Made by a program: the position numbers and the translations under genes
Assembly: GCA_965112735.1 (NCBI GenBank)
Contig: OZ218960.1
Location: 2,542,001 to 2,606,000 of the forward strand
Direction of reading: 5' to 3'
DNA: 64,000 nucleotides
From: Phaeosaccion multiseriatum
Taxonomy: Eukaryota; Protista; Ochrophyta, other classes
In this document: piece by piece, positions 1 to 13,439 of the stretch
Position numbering within the stretch: the stretch's first letter is position 1
Layout: the number at the start of each line of letters is the position of its first letter
Notes under the pieces: model-generated
Database searches by the model: none
Seen by the model: the letters and a program-made list of their open reading frames with translations, nothing else
What the model was told of the DNA's origin: nothing

Positions 1-323
1 AGAGAGAGATGAATAGATAAGAAAGAGGGAGAGACTCGGCTCTTCGAGGGCCAAGCCGTGCTCCCCACTCACTCGTCTTCCTCGCCACCACTCCTCTCCA
101 CTCCCACCCCTCCTCTCCACTCTTCTCCTCTCTTGTCTACCGTGGTACTTACTTTGTGTATACACTTACATCAACCCTACCAATGACCCTCCCTACGGCC
201 TCAGCCACCCCTAACCATCCACCCCCTTGCGTAACATGTCTTAACTTTTTAATACAGTAGCTAACAAGTTTCAACCCACCCTCATCCACCCACCCCCAAA
301 CCACCCACCCACCCACCCACTCA

Positions 324-369
<46 letters not shown>

Positions 370-392
370 CTCACTCACTCGCCGACCCACAG

Positions 393-1602
393 ATTAGCTG
401 CGGTGGGCAACACGCAGCCGTGCTCACCGAGGCCGGGGATATTTACACGTGGGGGAGGGGAGGGCTCGGCAGACTCGGTCATGGAGACAGCGTACAGGTG
501 GAGAGAGCGAGGAGGGTAGAAGCACTCCGTGGGGTGCCCTGTCAACAGGTGGTGTGTGGCTTCGCCTACAGCACTGCCGTCAGTAGAGATGGAGAGCTGT
601 ACACCTGGGGGGCGGGGGAGAACGGTCGGTTGGGCCTTGGCGATACGGAAGACCGTCTGGTGCCGTGCAAGGTCGACTCACTCCACCCCCGGGTACGTAT
701 GTCAGTGCGTGCGTGCGTGTGCGTGCGTGCGTGTGTGTGTGTTGTGTGTGTGTGCGTGGGCGCGTGCGTGGGGGATGGGAGGGGGTGATGACTTTGGTCT
801 TAATATGGGAGACATAAGTGTATCTCACTTCATGTTTATTGACTATTGACTTATTGTTCCTTGATTGGTCTTCCTCACACACTGCTGTTTGTTGACTTGA
901 TCGTTCCTTCGTTTGTGCTTCCATCGCACACATTCATCCCACCCGGGGACCAATGGTGTGTGTGCGTGCGTGCGTCCGTCCGTGTGTGCGTGTGTGCATG
1001 GGTGCACGTGGGTGCATGCGTGTGTGTGTGTATGCGTGCGTATGCGAACGAACGAACGAACGAACGAACAAAAAACCAAGAACAGGTCTCTCGCGTGTAC
1101 GCAGGGTCAGTCCATACCTGCGTAGCCATGCGGGAGGGAACAGTCTTCTCCTTCGGACGGTGTGAGTACACTGGCCACGGAGAGAGCACAGACCTTCTCA
1201 CCCCCAAGGAGCTTGAGGAGTTTCGAAGTATGCCCGTCAAGGCCATCTCTGTGGGGCCGGGGGGATACCACACCATGGCCCTCACGTGCTCAGGGAGTGT
1301 CTTTACTTGGGGACATAATAGGGTAGGTGTGGGTGGGGTGGGTGGATGGGTACGTGGGTAGGTGTGGGTGTGGGTGGATGGGTAGGTGGGTAGGTGGGTG
1401 CGGGTGTGCGTGCGTGTTACCGTGGGTATGTGCTAGCGCCTCCGATTCTCCGGGCTCTGCCCCCTGGCTCTGACCCCGCCTGTGACCTCTGACCCTCGCC
1501 CTCACCCTGACCGTGGTCCTTCCCCTCCCCCCCCCCTCCCACACCCCCTCATCCTCGCCCCCACCCTCACCCTCACCCCCACCTCACCCTCACCCTCATC
1601 CT

Positions 1603-1681
<79 letters not shown>

Positions 1682-1697
1682 CCCCTCTCATCCTCAC

Positions 1698-1733
<36 letters not shown>

Positions 1734-1745
1734 TCCTTACCCTCG

Positions 1746-1786
<41 letters not shown>

Positions 1787-2871
1787 CCCCTCCCCCTCAC
1801 CCTCACCTCCACCCTCCCCCTCCCCCTTCCCCTCCCCTTCCCCGCCCTCTCCCCTCCCTCTCCCCTCTCCAGGTCGGCCAATTGGGCTTTCCAAACTCCC
1901 TTGGCGTACCCAAGAATGTCGAGGGGGCCCATTTTGTGCCTCGACCCACCAAAGTGGAGGACTTGGAGGGCCTTGGGGTTAGCAAGATTGTAGCCGGCTG
2001 GGGCCATAGTTCAGTCCTGACTGGGGCCGGCACAGTGTTAGTTTGTGGGCGCAACCATCGCGGACAGTTGGGTCTGGGTGAGCCTGCGGTTGGGTTTCCG
2101 AAGAACGAGAGGGGCCATTCTTTCCAGGCAAGAAGGAAGAGAGGGGAGTAGGGGAGTGACGAGAGAAGAGCTTGAAGGGGTGTGTAGGGGGGGGGGGGGA
2201 GGCAACGGAGGAGAAAAGTGTACCGAAAAAGGAGAGAAGAGAGAAGGGAAAGGAGATGCCGAGAGAGTACCGAGAGAAGGGGCGGGACTGACTGGAGTGC
2301 TTCTCAGAGAGAGGTGCTCGATACTTACGCAGTATTATTTTTGTTCTCTGACCCTACTGCATAATACATCCCTTCCATCCCCTCCCCTCCCCGCCCCGCC
2401 CCTCCTTCTCACCCTCCCCCATCCACTGCCATCCAGGCGACGTTTCGCGAAGTGAAGACTCTCAAAGACGTGCAAGTGGTGGACATTGCATGTGGAGGGG
2501 AGCACACGGTGGCGGTTACCACCACAGGGGACGTGTATTCCTTCGGCATGAACCACAAGGGGCAGCTTGGGCACGGAGGTACCGGGGATGAACACTTTCC
2601 TAGACTCGTCAGGAGGTAAGTGTGTATCTCTCGTGTGTGTGTGTGTGTGTGCGTGTGTGTGTTGAGTGTGTGTGTGTGTGCGTGTGTGTGTTGAGTGTGC
2701 GTGTGTGTGCGTGTGTGTGTGTTGAGTGTGTGTGTGTGTGCGTGTGTGTGTGTGTGTTGAGTGTGTGTGCGTGCGTGTGTGTGCGTGTGTGTGTCTGAGG
2801 GAGAGACAGCTATATATATGTGTGTGTTCGTGTGTGTATATGAGCTGTGTGTGCGTGTGTGTTCTGCGTGT

Positions 2872-2913
<42 letters not shown>

Positions 2914-3006
2914 GTGTGCGTGTGTGTGTCTGAGGGAGAGACAGCTATATATATGTGTGTGTTCGTGTGTGTATATGAGCTGTGTGTGCGTGTGTGTTCT
3001 GCGTGT

Positions 3007-3042
<36 letters not shown>

Positions 3043-3374
3043 GTCTGCGTGTGTGTGCGTGTGTTGAGTGTGTGTGTATGTGTGTGTGCGTGTGTTTGCG
3101 TGTGTGCGTGTGTTGAGTGTGTGTGTGTGCGTGTGTGTTCTGCGTGTGTGTATGTGTGTGTATGTGTGTGTATGTGTGTGGGTGTGTGTGTGCGTGTATG
3201 TGTGTGTGTATGTGTGTGTGAGTATGTGTGTGTGCCTGTGCGAGGGTACTCTTTTGCTATCGTACTTCTATTTTCTTAGGCTTGCACCTCCCACACAACG
3301 AGGCGGAATCATCCCCTCCGCTCCACCTGCTCTACCTCTATACTGCCTGTCTGCCTGCCTGCCTGCCTGTCTGT

Positions 3375-3405
<31 letters not shown>

Positions 3406-3416
3406 CGTGCCTGCCT

Positions 3417-3449
<33 letters not shown>

Positions 3450-3693
3450 CCCTGCCCTACCCATGCCCATATACCTCCATTCCGCATGCCCTTCTCCCTC
3501 CCCTGCCCCAGTCTGAAGGAGTCCCGTCGTGTGGTGGAGTGCGTGTGCTGCGGTAACAACTGTACCCTCGTACTCGCCCGCCCTCCGGCCTTCGCCACCC
3601 TCTTCGAGCGATGTCTGACGCTTATCAGACGTATGCCCGAGGTCTTCAGCGGCATTGGTGAGTGCGTGCGTGCGTGCGTGCTTGCGTGCGTGC

Positions 3694-3724
<31 letters not shown>

Positions 3725-4245
3725 TGTGAGTGTGTGAGTGTGAGTGTGTGTGTGTGTGTGTGTGTGAGTGTGTGAGTGTGAGTGTGTGTGTGTGAGTGTG
3801 TTTGGCTATGTGTTGCTCTTGCTCTTTTGGGTGGTAGCGCATGTGTGTGCGCGCACCGAACACGTCCATACGCTGCCATCCATCCATCTAGACCCTCCCC
3901 CGCTCTTCAGGGGTGATTGGCGGTTGTATTCATTTGATGCAAGGCGCTTTCTAACAGACCTTGCCATTCTCGTGTCTCTTCTCTCTCGCGCTCGCTCGCT
4001 CGCCCCCCCCCCCTCCCCACCCCATCTCTCTCTCGTCTCTTGTCTCTCTCTCTCTCGTCTTTATCCCTCACTCACTCATTCACCCACCCACTCACTCACT
4101 TGTTGCCATTGTTGGCACAGACACCGTTGGCATGTGTATCCCTCAGGCCCTTGCTGACGAGCTTCACAGCAACGACCGCAGGACAGAGGAGGCCAGCAGC
4201 AGGAGGGCTGCAGCGGTGGCAAGCAGCAAGAGGCTCCATCCCTGA
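393..4245 (+). CDS. RCC1/BLIP-II repeat protein, 3' part (5' exons lie upstream or could not be resolved); C-terminal BC-box/Cul2-box-like motif. Exons 393-692, 1086-1322, 1873-2127, 2437-2615, 3512-3657, 4121-4245
   Basis: Spliced translation gives successive RCC1 repeats: [86 protein letters not shown]|[36 protein letters not shown]. All intron phases match; intron 2128-2436 needs a GC donor. Confidence 0.9.
1495..1812. repeat. (CCCTCA)n hexanucleotide microsatellite in an RCC1 intron
   Basis: Directly visible; explains the poly-SP/PH/GE ORFs in the track. Confidence 0.95.
2633..3450. repeat. (TG)n-rich intronic microsatellite with an internal ~136-bp duplication, followed by (GCCT)n
   Basis: TG runs; the block TCTGAGGGAGAGACAGCTATATATATG... 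occurs at ~2794 and ~2929; (GCCT)n at ~3345-3450. Confidence 0.95.
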
Positions 4246-4377
4246 TCTTCTTCGCACAAACGCCGCTGTCCTAAGAGTAAAATGAACGAAAGATCCATAC
4301 ATCACTCCGACGGCGGTTCACAGACTCACCGGGCAACGACGCCTTGATGCAGCAATGTTGTGTGAGAGGGGGATGGG

Positions 4378-5301
4378 ATGCTGCTGTTGCTGTTAGTGAT
4401 CTTTACCCTTGTCTTCTCCCTGGACTGCAGCAGCGAAGGGGAGGGGTACCCGGCAAAGCTACGAGATGGAGAGAGCAAAGGTGCAAACATACAGTCATTG
4501 AGTGATCGAGAACAGAAAGAGGCGACTGAGGACGACGGAAGACCTGGGCAGAGAGGGGAGGTGCCGCCCCCCCTGTTGGCCTGCTTCCGTGCGTCTCTGA
4601 TACGCCTTATCTCTCCTCTCGCTCTCGTCCGGTTTCTCCTTGTGGGCTCTCCTTTGCCCAACGACCCTGCTGCTGCCGCCGCCGCTGCTGCTGCTGCTGC
4701 TGCTGCTGCCGCTCCTCCTCCTCTTCCTCCGGCCGCTGCTCTCATACTTCGCTTCTTTTTATGTTTCTTTCGCAGATACGGCTGGAGAAGGAGAGGGGAA
4801 TCTTCGCCATCATCTTGACGAGGACGACTGGGACTGGCCCATAGCAGGAGATGTATGGGTGACATACGAAGCACCGCCTCCTGCGGGGGATGATGGGTAC
4901 CAGAGCTCTTACTCTCCATTTCGGTACGCCGCAATCCGCTGTCTCTGGTATCTTCTCCTTTTGCCTTGTTCCTTTGTTTTCGTGAGCATCCCTTGCAGTC
5001 CATACCATTCACTGTGGCGTTCATCGACTTGTATACCAGCAGCAAATTCCTCTACTGCTTATTCGCCGAGAGCCCCCCTTCCCTCTCTATAACTGTCGTA
5101 ACTGTCGTACACTCACATCGACAAGCGTCCCTTACTCTCTTCTCATCCGTTCTGTCACCTCGACTCTCCTTTCGCCACAGGAATGGCGGTGCGGAGCGCT
5201 CTACGTCAGAAGAGCAGCAGCAGCCGAAGCCGCTATTGCGCTTCTTCTCTACGCCATACCAAGGTGGGGACGTCACGGATGGAGGAGCAGAAGGACCAGC
5301 G

Positions 5302-5332
<31 letters not shown>

Positions 5333-6293
5333 GAGGAGGAGGAGGAGGAGGAGGAGCAGGAGGACCAGCGGCAGCAGCAGCAGCAGCAGGAGGAGGAGGA
5401 GAAGGAGGAGCAGCAGCAGCAGGAGCAGCAGCAGCAGGAGAAGGGGGCTGCTTTGCTGACCCACGCATGCCCGGCCGTGACAGTGTCCGCGAGGACGCGG
5501 TGGCGTTCTGCGCGTCTTCTCTGGGAGAGGGCTCGTCCCTGGGGCAGGTGCGCGCGTGCAGTGACGCCCTCTGTGCGCAGATACAGCGCGCCATAGACCA
5601 CCGCCACGCAAACAGAGAACGGAGCCGCCGTCGCCGCCGCAGCAGCAGGCGCGATAACGATGTCGATAGCGATGTTAATGTCGATGGCAGTGATGATTTG
5701 GTGGGTGATGATTTCGAGACCGCCTCGCTGGAGCTGCCCCCCTTGGGCCTGTCCTGGGCGCTGCCAGGCAAGTGCTCGTATTACCAACTGTTTATGCTAG
5801 CGGAGAGACCAAGCGCACTCGACAAGAGCAGCGGGGTCGAGAAGACAGGAAAGGGGGGAGGAGTCTTGTCGTTACCCCTTGTCTCACGCATTTTCACTTA
5901 ACGTTGTCAATGTTTCACTCTTGACAGTCGACAAATGTGATCATGCCCGAGGGGGGGGGGGCTGGGGTTGGAGCTGCTCAACCAAGTCATCACCTCACGC
6001 CTCACGCGTCACGCCTCACCCTCTCATTGACTTACTGCCCATATGTACTCTCTACTACGCGACACTGACACTCAAACTCCCAGTGACGCACTACTGACTT
6101 ACTCATGGACCCACTACCCTGCCCTCCCTTTACTTGGTGCCAGGCGAGGGGCTTGCCTATGCAGCACGGAGCGACAGCGTGTCCCTCCTCACCGCTCCCT
6201 TCGACCCGTCTGCAGCGGCGTACTTTCGAGTGCTGAGCGAGTGGGCTCTGGCACAGCCCAGCCTGCCCAACAGCTTCTTTGCGCCCGTGGAGG

Positions 6294-6336
<43 letters not shown>

Positions 6337-6625
6337 TGTGTGGATGTATGTGTGTGTGTGTGTGTGGATGTATGGGTGTGTGTATGTGTGTATGTATTTG
6401 TGTGTGTGTGTGAGTGTGAGTATGCATGCGTGAGAGAGAGAGAGAGAGAGTGTGTGTATGTATGAGTGTGTGTGTATGAGAGTGTGTGTGAGTGTGTGTG
6501 TCAGTATGCGTGTTTGTGCACAGAGCTTCCTTTTCAGTTTCAGTTTCAGATGCCCTTGTGCTTGGTGGATTTTGCCCCGCCGATAGGGGGGGTGGGGGAT
6601 TGGTATTGAAGCTTGTGCCGGGAGG

Positions 6626-6660
<35 letters not shown>

Positions 6661-9600
6661 CGATGTCAACATGAAACTGAAAATGAAACCTGCCCCAGCC
6701 CCCCACGCACGCACCCACACCCCACACCCTGTCATCACTCTTTCCCCTTTCCCTCCCCTTATCACAGCGGCGGGGGTGGAGCTTCCAGCATTTGTTGCCA
6801 TCTTCTCTGCCCCCCTCGGGTAGGAATGGTGCCTCTCCTCCCCCTCCCCCCCCCCCCACCCCTTCAAAGACACTCTGTGGAGTCAGTAGAGACGGAGGCA
6901 AGCAGAGACGGGTCCTGCTTCTCTATCGAAGGGACGTGGTGGCAGCTGTGTTCCATCGAGTGGGCACGAAGAGGCGGCAGAACCTTCTCCCCAGAGACGC
7001 GTGGAAGGTACGCTGGGCAGGGTAGGGTGGGGTAGGGTAGGGTAGGGTGGGGTAGGGTAGGGTGGGGTAGGGTGGGGTAGGCTAGGGTAGGGTAGGGTAG
7101 GGTAGGGTGGGGTAGGGTAGGGTAGGGTAGGGTGGGGTAGGGTAGGGTAGGGTGGGGTAGGGTAGGGTAGGGTAGGGTGGGGTAGGGTAGGGCAGGGTAG
7201 GGTAGGGTAGGGTAGGGTAGGGTAGGGTAGGGTAGGGTAGGGTAGGGTAGGGTAGGGTGGGGTAGGGTAGGGTAGGGTAGGGTAGGGTGGGGTAGGGTAG
7301 GGTAGGGTAGGGTAGGGTAGGGTAGGGTTGGGTAGGGTAGGGTAGGGTAGGGTAGGGTAGGGTAGGGTGGGGTAGGGTAGGGTAGGGTTGGGTAGGGTAG
7401 GGTAGGGTAGGGTAGGGTAGGGTAGGGTGGGGTAGGGTAGGGTAGGGTAGGGTAGGGTAGGGTAGGGAAGGGGGTCGTGTTTCGCTCTCCTCTCTCCCTC
7501 TCTCCCTCCCTTTTGCGCGCTCTTTTATCTCTCTCTCCGTGTTTTTGTCTCTTTCCTCCCCCTTCTCTCTTCCTCTCTCTTCCTGCCCCCCTCCCCTCTC
7601 TCTCTTCTTGCCCTGCCAAAAGGACGAGCAAGTGGTCCGCGGAGAAGCTGCGCAGTTGGGCCGTCTCATGCTAGACTGGTCCCGCTGTGTCAGTAGCGCC
7701 GGCACAGTAGCAGCAGTTGGTGATACAGCAGAAGCAGCAGCAGAGAGTAAGGCGAGAGGTGAGGGCGACGGTGGAGGAGTTTAGTTTAGTTGAGCTTGAA
7801 AACTTCTGTCCCCCTCCCTCCCTACCCAAAAGACGGGCTGTCGAATGTGCGTGAAGCCTTCATCACTGTCGCATTCCGACACACACACACATGCACACAC
7901 ACACGCACACACAAACAAACACACACACGCACACACACATTCTAAGGGTACCACTCACCTCCTGTTATACATACTCAAAGGGTACCACTCACCTCCTGTT
8001 ATACACCGATCTTTGGCAGGAGAACACGGAGCTCCTCTTGTCACACCGAACAGATGGCAGTGCATGGCAGTGGCTTTGGAAGACATTCTTCCATCCACAG
8101 ACTTGGGGGGTGGCGAGGGGAGAACAGGTGCTGGCAAGGGTAAGGGGCAAGGGGGGGCTGATGGAGGAGGAGGAGGAGGAGGAGGAGGAGCAGAGGAGGA
8201 GGAGGAGGAGGAGGAGGAGGAGGAGGAGGAGGAGGCACATGTGGAAGAGACCTTCTCAAGGGTGGCAGCCTTCTTGCGGCGGGAGGAGGGGGGGAGGCGG
8301 TCCGAGGAGAGCCTGGTGTCAGGACGAAGGGCGGCGCGGGCCGCAGGAGCTGTGGAGGCAGTAGTGACGAGAGGAGGAGGAGGAGGAGGAGATGGGGGAG
8401 GAGGAGGAGCAGGAGGAGGGGGAGGAGGAAAAGGGGGTGTTATCTTCGAAGACGACGGGAGTGTGCGGAGAGCCCTTACGCGCTCACCTGGCGACGACTG
8501 GGATACGGAAGAGGGGCAGATGGTGGAAGAAGAGGCGGAGCAAGAGGACGAGGAGGAGGAGGAGGAGGAGGAGGAGGAGGAGGAGGAGGAGGAGGAGGAG
8601 GAGGAGGAGGAGGAGGAGGAGGAGGAGGAGAAAGAGGAGGCATTCGCTCTGGCATGGGCGAGGGTGATTCACGAAGAGGTGCGGAGGGCAGTAGGCCCGG
8701 CAGGTGGCGCTCTGGCCCTCGACGTTGGCTCGGGGCTGGACGAAGGATCAGCATCGGCACTGTCTCGACCTTCTTCCTCTTCCTCCTCTTCCTCCTCCGG
8801 GCCTCCCCCCCCTCCGCTGCTGACGGTGCTGCAGCCCAAGGCCGGGCAGGTCTTTTATTTCTCCTCCTCCTCCTCCGAGGGGGAGGAGGGGGAGACGACG
8901 GCCAAGAGTGAGGACTGGACCCTTCCCTTGATCGTCATCCTTAGGGACAAGGATCTTGGCGACAACGACACTCAACAGGACCCCAGTGGGGGCGGTAGGA
9001 TGGCAACGAATGGCGGCGGCGGCGGTGGTGGTAGGAATGGTGGTGGGCTGGAAGCTGAAGGCCTGCTGTTCTGCGTGCAAGTGGACGACTTGGAGAGGAC
9101 CTGCGTGCGTAGACCGCCATCGGACAACAGAGAACAATCAGCTGCCATCCCCGTCCCCGCGCTGTATAACCTGATGGGTCTCCGGGGGTGGGGCTCCCAT
9201 GAGGTGAAACTGTCACTGCCTGAGGAGGGGCTGGTCAGACGGGTGTCTTTCGACCTTCTGCTCCAAGGGGAGGAGGAGGAGGAGGAGGAGGAGGAGAAGG
9301 GAGACGGGGGGGCTGCTAAGGCAGCGGCGGCAGGCGAGTCTTCTTTCCATGAAGAGGCGGCGTCGGAAGGTACAGGTACTGGTGCTGGTGCTGGTGTTGG
9401 GTCTTCAGCTTCCGCCAGGGGGCTGCGCTTGGCTGTTCTATTGGGGCATGGAGCAGCCGCAGCAGTTGGCGATACAGCAGCAATGGACCCTTCCGGCTGC
9501 ACCGCTTTGCTGCGCCATGTGGTGCAGAGCGTGAGTAGGAAAGACTTGCACATAGAGGTGTTTATTGCTCGGCAAGAGGCCCGCCAAAGCGCACAGCCAG

Positions 9601-11406
9601 CGGGCGGCAAGGGGCAGCAGCAGCAGCAGTCATTTGGGCAGAGTCACAGATGGCAGAGTGAGTATCAAGACGAAAGCGAGATGGAGCAGCTCATGCGAGA
9701 GCACTGGATTCCGGTCTGGCATGTGCAAGGCCCTTCCTCCGCAGCGGCCATGAATCACTTATCCTCCTTTGACGCGGCGCTGGGCCTCAGTTTGGGCCTC
9801 CGTCCGGGCCTCAGCCAGGGCCTCAATAATGAGGGCCTCAGTCAGCCGAACCCTCTGTCTAGTGAGAACGACTCCTCGGAAACCGCAGAGCTGCTCTGGC
9901 TGGCGGCTCGTGCCCGTATACCTCTAGTCATGGCGTGCGGGGGAGGCGATGCTTCTTGTATCACCAACACCACCACCACCACCACCACCACCACCACCGC
10001 CGCCTTCGCCCCAACGACATCGTTGCCACAAGGCACTCATCTCTTAGCAGGGCCCTCCCTGAGCGGTGGAGGGAGTCGAGCGGCAGGAAGAGAGGAGAAG
10101 GAGGGGCGGCGAGGGAGACAGGGGGACGGAGGGGGGGAGGGAGAGGGGGAGGAAGGCGGGGTGGGTGGGGTGGGTGCGCGGGAGGGCAGCGACGGGAGTT
10201 CCCCCGGTGGGCACTCCCCCGGTGGGAAGCACACGTGGATCATCGGTTACGGGGGTCTTATGGCAGAGCTAGGGGTGTCGGTGTTCATCCGCGGAGCGCT
10301 TGCAATGAGACGCGTGTGGCCAGGTGAGCGACAGGAGGAGGAGGGGGAGGAGGAGGAGGAGGAGGTGAAAGAGGAGGAGGAGGAGGGGGAGGAGGAGGAG
10401 GAGGAGGAGGAGGAGGAGGAGGAGGAGGTGGAGGAGGAGGTGATGATGGTGGTAGTGGAGGAGGAGGAGGAGGAGGAGGAGGAGGAGGAGGAGGAGGAGG
10501 AGGTGGAGGAGGAGGAGAACAGCAGGGGCAGTAACAGTGGCTGAAGTAGTTGGTTACTCTGGACCACGCCGGTTTTCTGTACGTGCATGTGTGCGTGCGT
10601 GGGTGCGTGCGTGCGTGTAGGCTGACCCGAGACCCGATGCCACCCTCCCACCCAGCCCTCGACCCCTGCGTGTGCTGCCTCTGCTGCAACTGTACCACCA
10701 ACTGCTGCAGGTGTGTCTTTCGCTCTGTCCACAGAGGAAGACGTCCTGTATCTTCACACGCACTCCACGGCGTACCAGCGACAGGGCCTGCGGGTGATTG
10801 TAGCCGCCGGTGGCAGGGAGAAGCAGCAGCAACAACAACAACGACAACAACAACAGCAGCTACATCAGCAACAGCAGCTACAGCTGGAGCAGGTGGAGCA
10901 GGTGGTGATACAACAGCAGCACGAGACGGATGACACTGCTCTGCAGGGCCCCCCGGCTGTGTCTGTGTGGCTGGGACAGGATGGGTGGAGAGGAATGACA
11001 CACACGCCTGAGGGGCTCTTTGGTGCCGTCGCCAGCGCCCCATCACCTGTTGCAGTTGGTGATACAGCAGCAGCAGCAGTAGTTGGTGATACAGCGGCAC
11101 GCAGATTCCGAGCCGACATGGACGCCTCGGTAGCTCGGCTCTGGACCTTGCTCCGGAGATTCGCAAGGCCGCCCCCACCTCCTCCTTCCACGGCCCATGT
11201 GCTGCCAAATTGGGGCGGGGGTGGCGCCGGCAGCGAGTGCAGCGACAGTTCCATTGACATAATCCGTGTGGCGCTCTCCCCCGGGGTGGAGTACTGTGCA
11301 GACATCGTCGTTCGTATCCTTCAAGGTGAGGGCGAGGGGGGGCGTCGCAAAGAAAGGGAAAAGCCCTGTTGCGTGCCACCGCCTTGCACCGGTGCGGGCA
11401 TGCACG

Positions 11407-11443
<37 letters not shown>

Positions 11444-11719
11444 ACACACGCACATACACACACACACGCAAGGAGGAGGAGCCTGCACTCACTGACCATA
11501 CCTTGGCACCGTTTTATATGCACCCTCCCCCTCCCTCTCTCCCTCCCTCCCTCCCTCCCTCCCTCCCTCCCTCCCTCCCTCCCTCCCCCCTCCTCTCTCC
11601 CTCCCCCCTCCTCTCCCTCCTTTCCCCGCCCCTTACCTGGACTTTGGACACACTCCTCTCATTCTTTCCTTCTTGATTGGTGATTGTTGCTTCTTCGCGT
11701 ATGTGTACCTGCGTTTGAC

Positions 11720-11759
<40 letters not shown>

Positions 11760-11804
11760 GTGTGTATGTGTGTGTGTATGTGTGTATGTGTGTGTGTATG
11801 TGTG

Positions 11805-11838
<34 letters not shown>

Positions 11839-13406
11839 CTCGCAGCCTCTCTCCGCCACGCCACTCTGGAGGTATCTCACCTCAGCTCGGAAGCCTTGGT
11901 CTCTCAGTCCTCCCCTCACCCCGACGTGTTCGTCATGGGCACATGGGATTGCTCGGGCCCCCGGGAGACCGCACACATTTGCTCTGATCCAAGAGTCGCC
12001 TTCTACTCAGCAGACGCCGCCGAAACGGGTAAGTAAGAGAGGTGGTGATACGGCATGACGACTGCTGTGACTGGTGATCCCCACCTACTGCACGATACCT
12101 TCCATCCTTTCACTCCCGCTGCTCTCCGTCTTCTCCTCTTGGAGCGCAAATAGCTAAACCCCTCTCTCTCCCCCCCTCTCTCTTTCTCGTTCTCTCTTCT
12201 GTCTCTCTCTCTCTCTCGCTCTCGCTCTCGCTCTCTCTTTCTCTCTCTCTTCTGTCTCTCCCTCCCTCTCTGTGTCTCTCTCCCTCACTTTCCCTCTCTC
12301 TCTTTCTCTCTCTTCTGTCCCTCTCTCCCTCTCACTCTTTCTCCCTCTCTCTTCTCTCTCTCCCTCTCTCTCTTTCTCTCTCTCTGCTCTGTCCCTCTCT
12401 CTCTTGGTCTCTCTCCGTCTGCATTTCCCCTCCAAGTGGTGGTAATGGTATCCGGAGAGCCTCGCGATTTGTCAACTGTGAGAGGTGTCGACGTGATGCT
12501 AAGTACGCTCACAGACCCGGCTGCCAGCCCCCCCGGGGCGAGGTACGTAACCTCATTACAGTCATGCCTTGCAGTCATGCCTTACGTAACCTCACACGTC
12601 ATGCCTTACGTAACCCTCACACGTCATACCTTACGTAACCTTGCAGTCATGCCTGACGTAACCCTCACACGTCATACCTTACGTAACCTTGCAGTTATAC
12701 CTTACATAACCCTCACACGTCATACCTTACATAACCCTCACACGTCTTACCTTACGTAACCTTGCAGTCACGCCGTACGTAACCCTCACACGTCATACCT
12801 TACGTAACCTTACAGTCATGCATTACGAAACCCTCACACGTCATACCTTACGTAACCCTCACACGTCACACCTTACGTAACCCTCACGTCATGTCTGTTG
12901 GTCTGTTGCAAGGGGGTGGAAGCATGTATCCCCCATGCCTTCTTGTCTGATACGTCCGAGTCAAAGCCCATCTGTGTGTGTGTGCCAACCAATCTTCAAT
13001 CGTCAAAAGCTGCACTCGTTCTACTGGTGTTGCGGTCCTTACTCCGAAGCGCGTCGTCCCTCTCAATGCTGACCCATTCCATCAGCTGTTTCCTCTCTCC
13101 CTCTCCTCCCCTCTCTCCCCTTCTCTGTATCTCTCTGTCTCTCACATCCCCCCATCCTCCCCCCCCCTCCCGCCCCCTGTCTCACGCTCACACACGCACG
13201 CACACACACACACACACACACAAAACACATGCATACTCTTACCATCACCACCACCCCCCCCCTCCCCCTCTCTGCCGGTCTCGTTCTTCCTCTCCTCCCT
13301 CCCTCTACAGCCTGTTCTACCTGCAAGAGGCTGCTGTAAGCTTCACCCCCTTGCAGCGGATACACCACACCCCGCTCGACCTCCTCCGCGGGGAGGAGCG
13401 CGGCCA

Positions 13407-13439
<33 letters not shown>

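Noticed and set aside
1495-7467. (CCCTCA)n and (GGGTA)n as telomeric repeats
   Set aside because: Both are inside introns of intact genes and are not canonical TTAGGG/TTTAGGG; treated as G-rich microsatellites.
10324-10544. Poly-Glu C-terminus and stop of the 899-aa ORF
   Set aside because: More likely intronic: CAG|GTGAG at 10324 splices in phase to 10711 and continues the GT4-like sequence. An alternative terminal isoform cannot be excluded.
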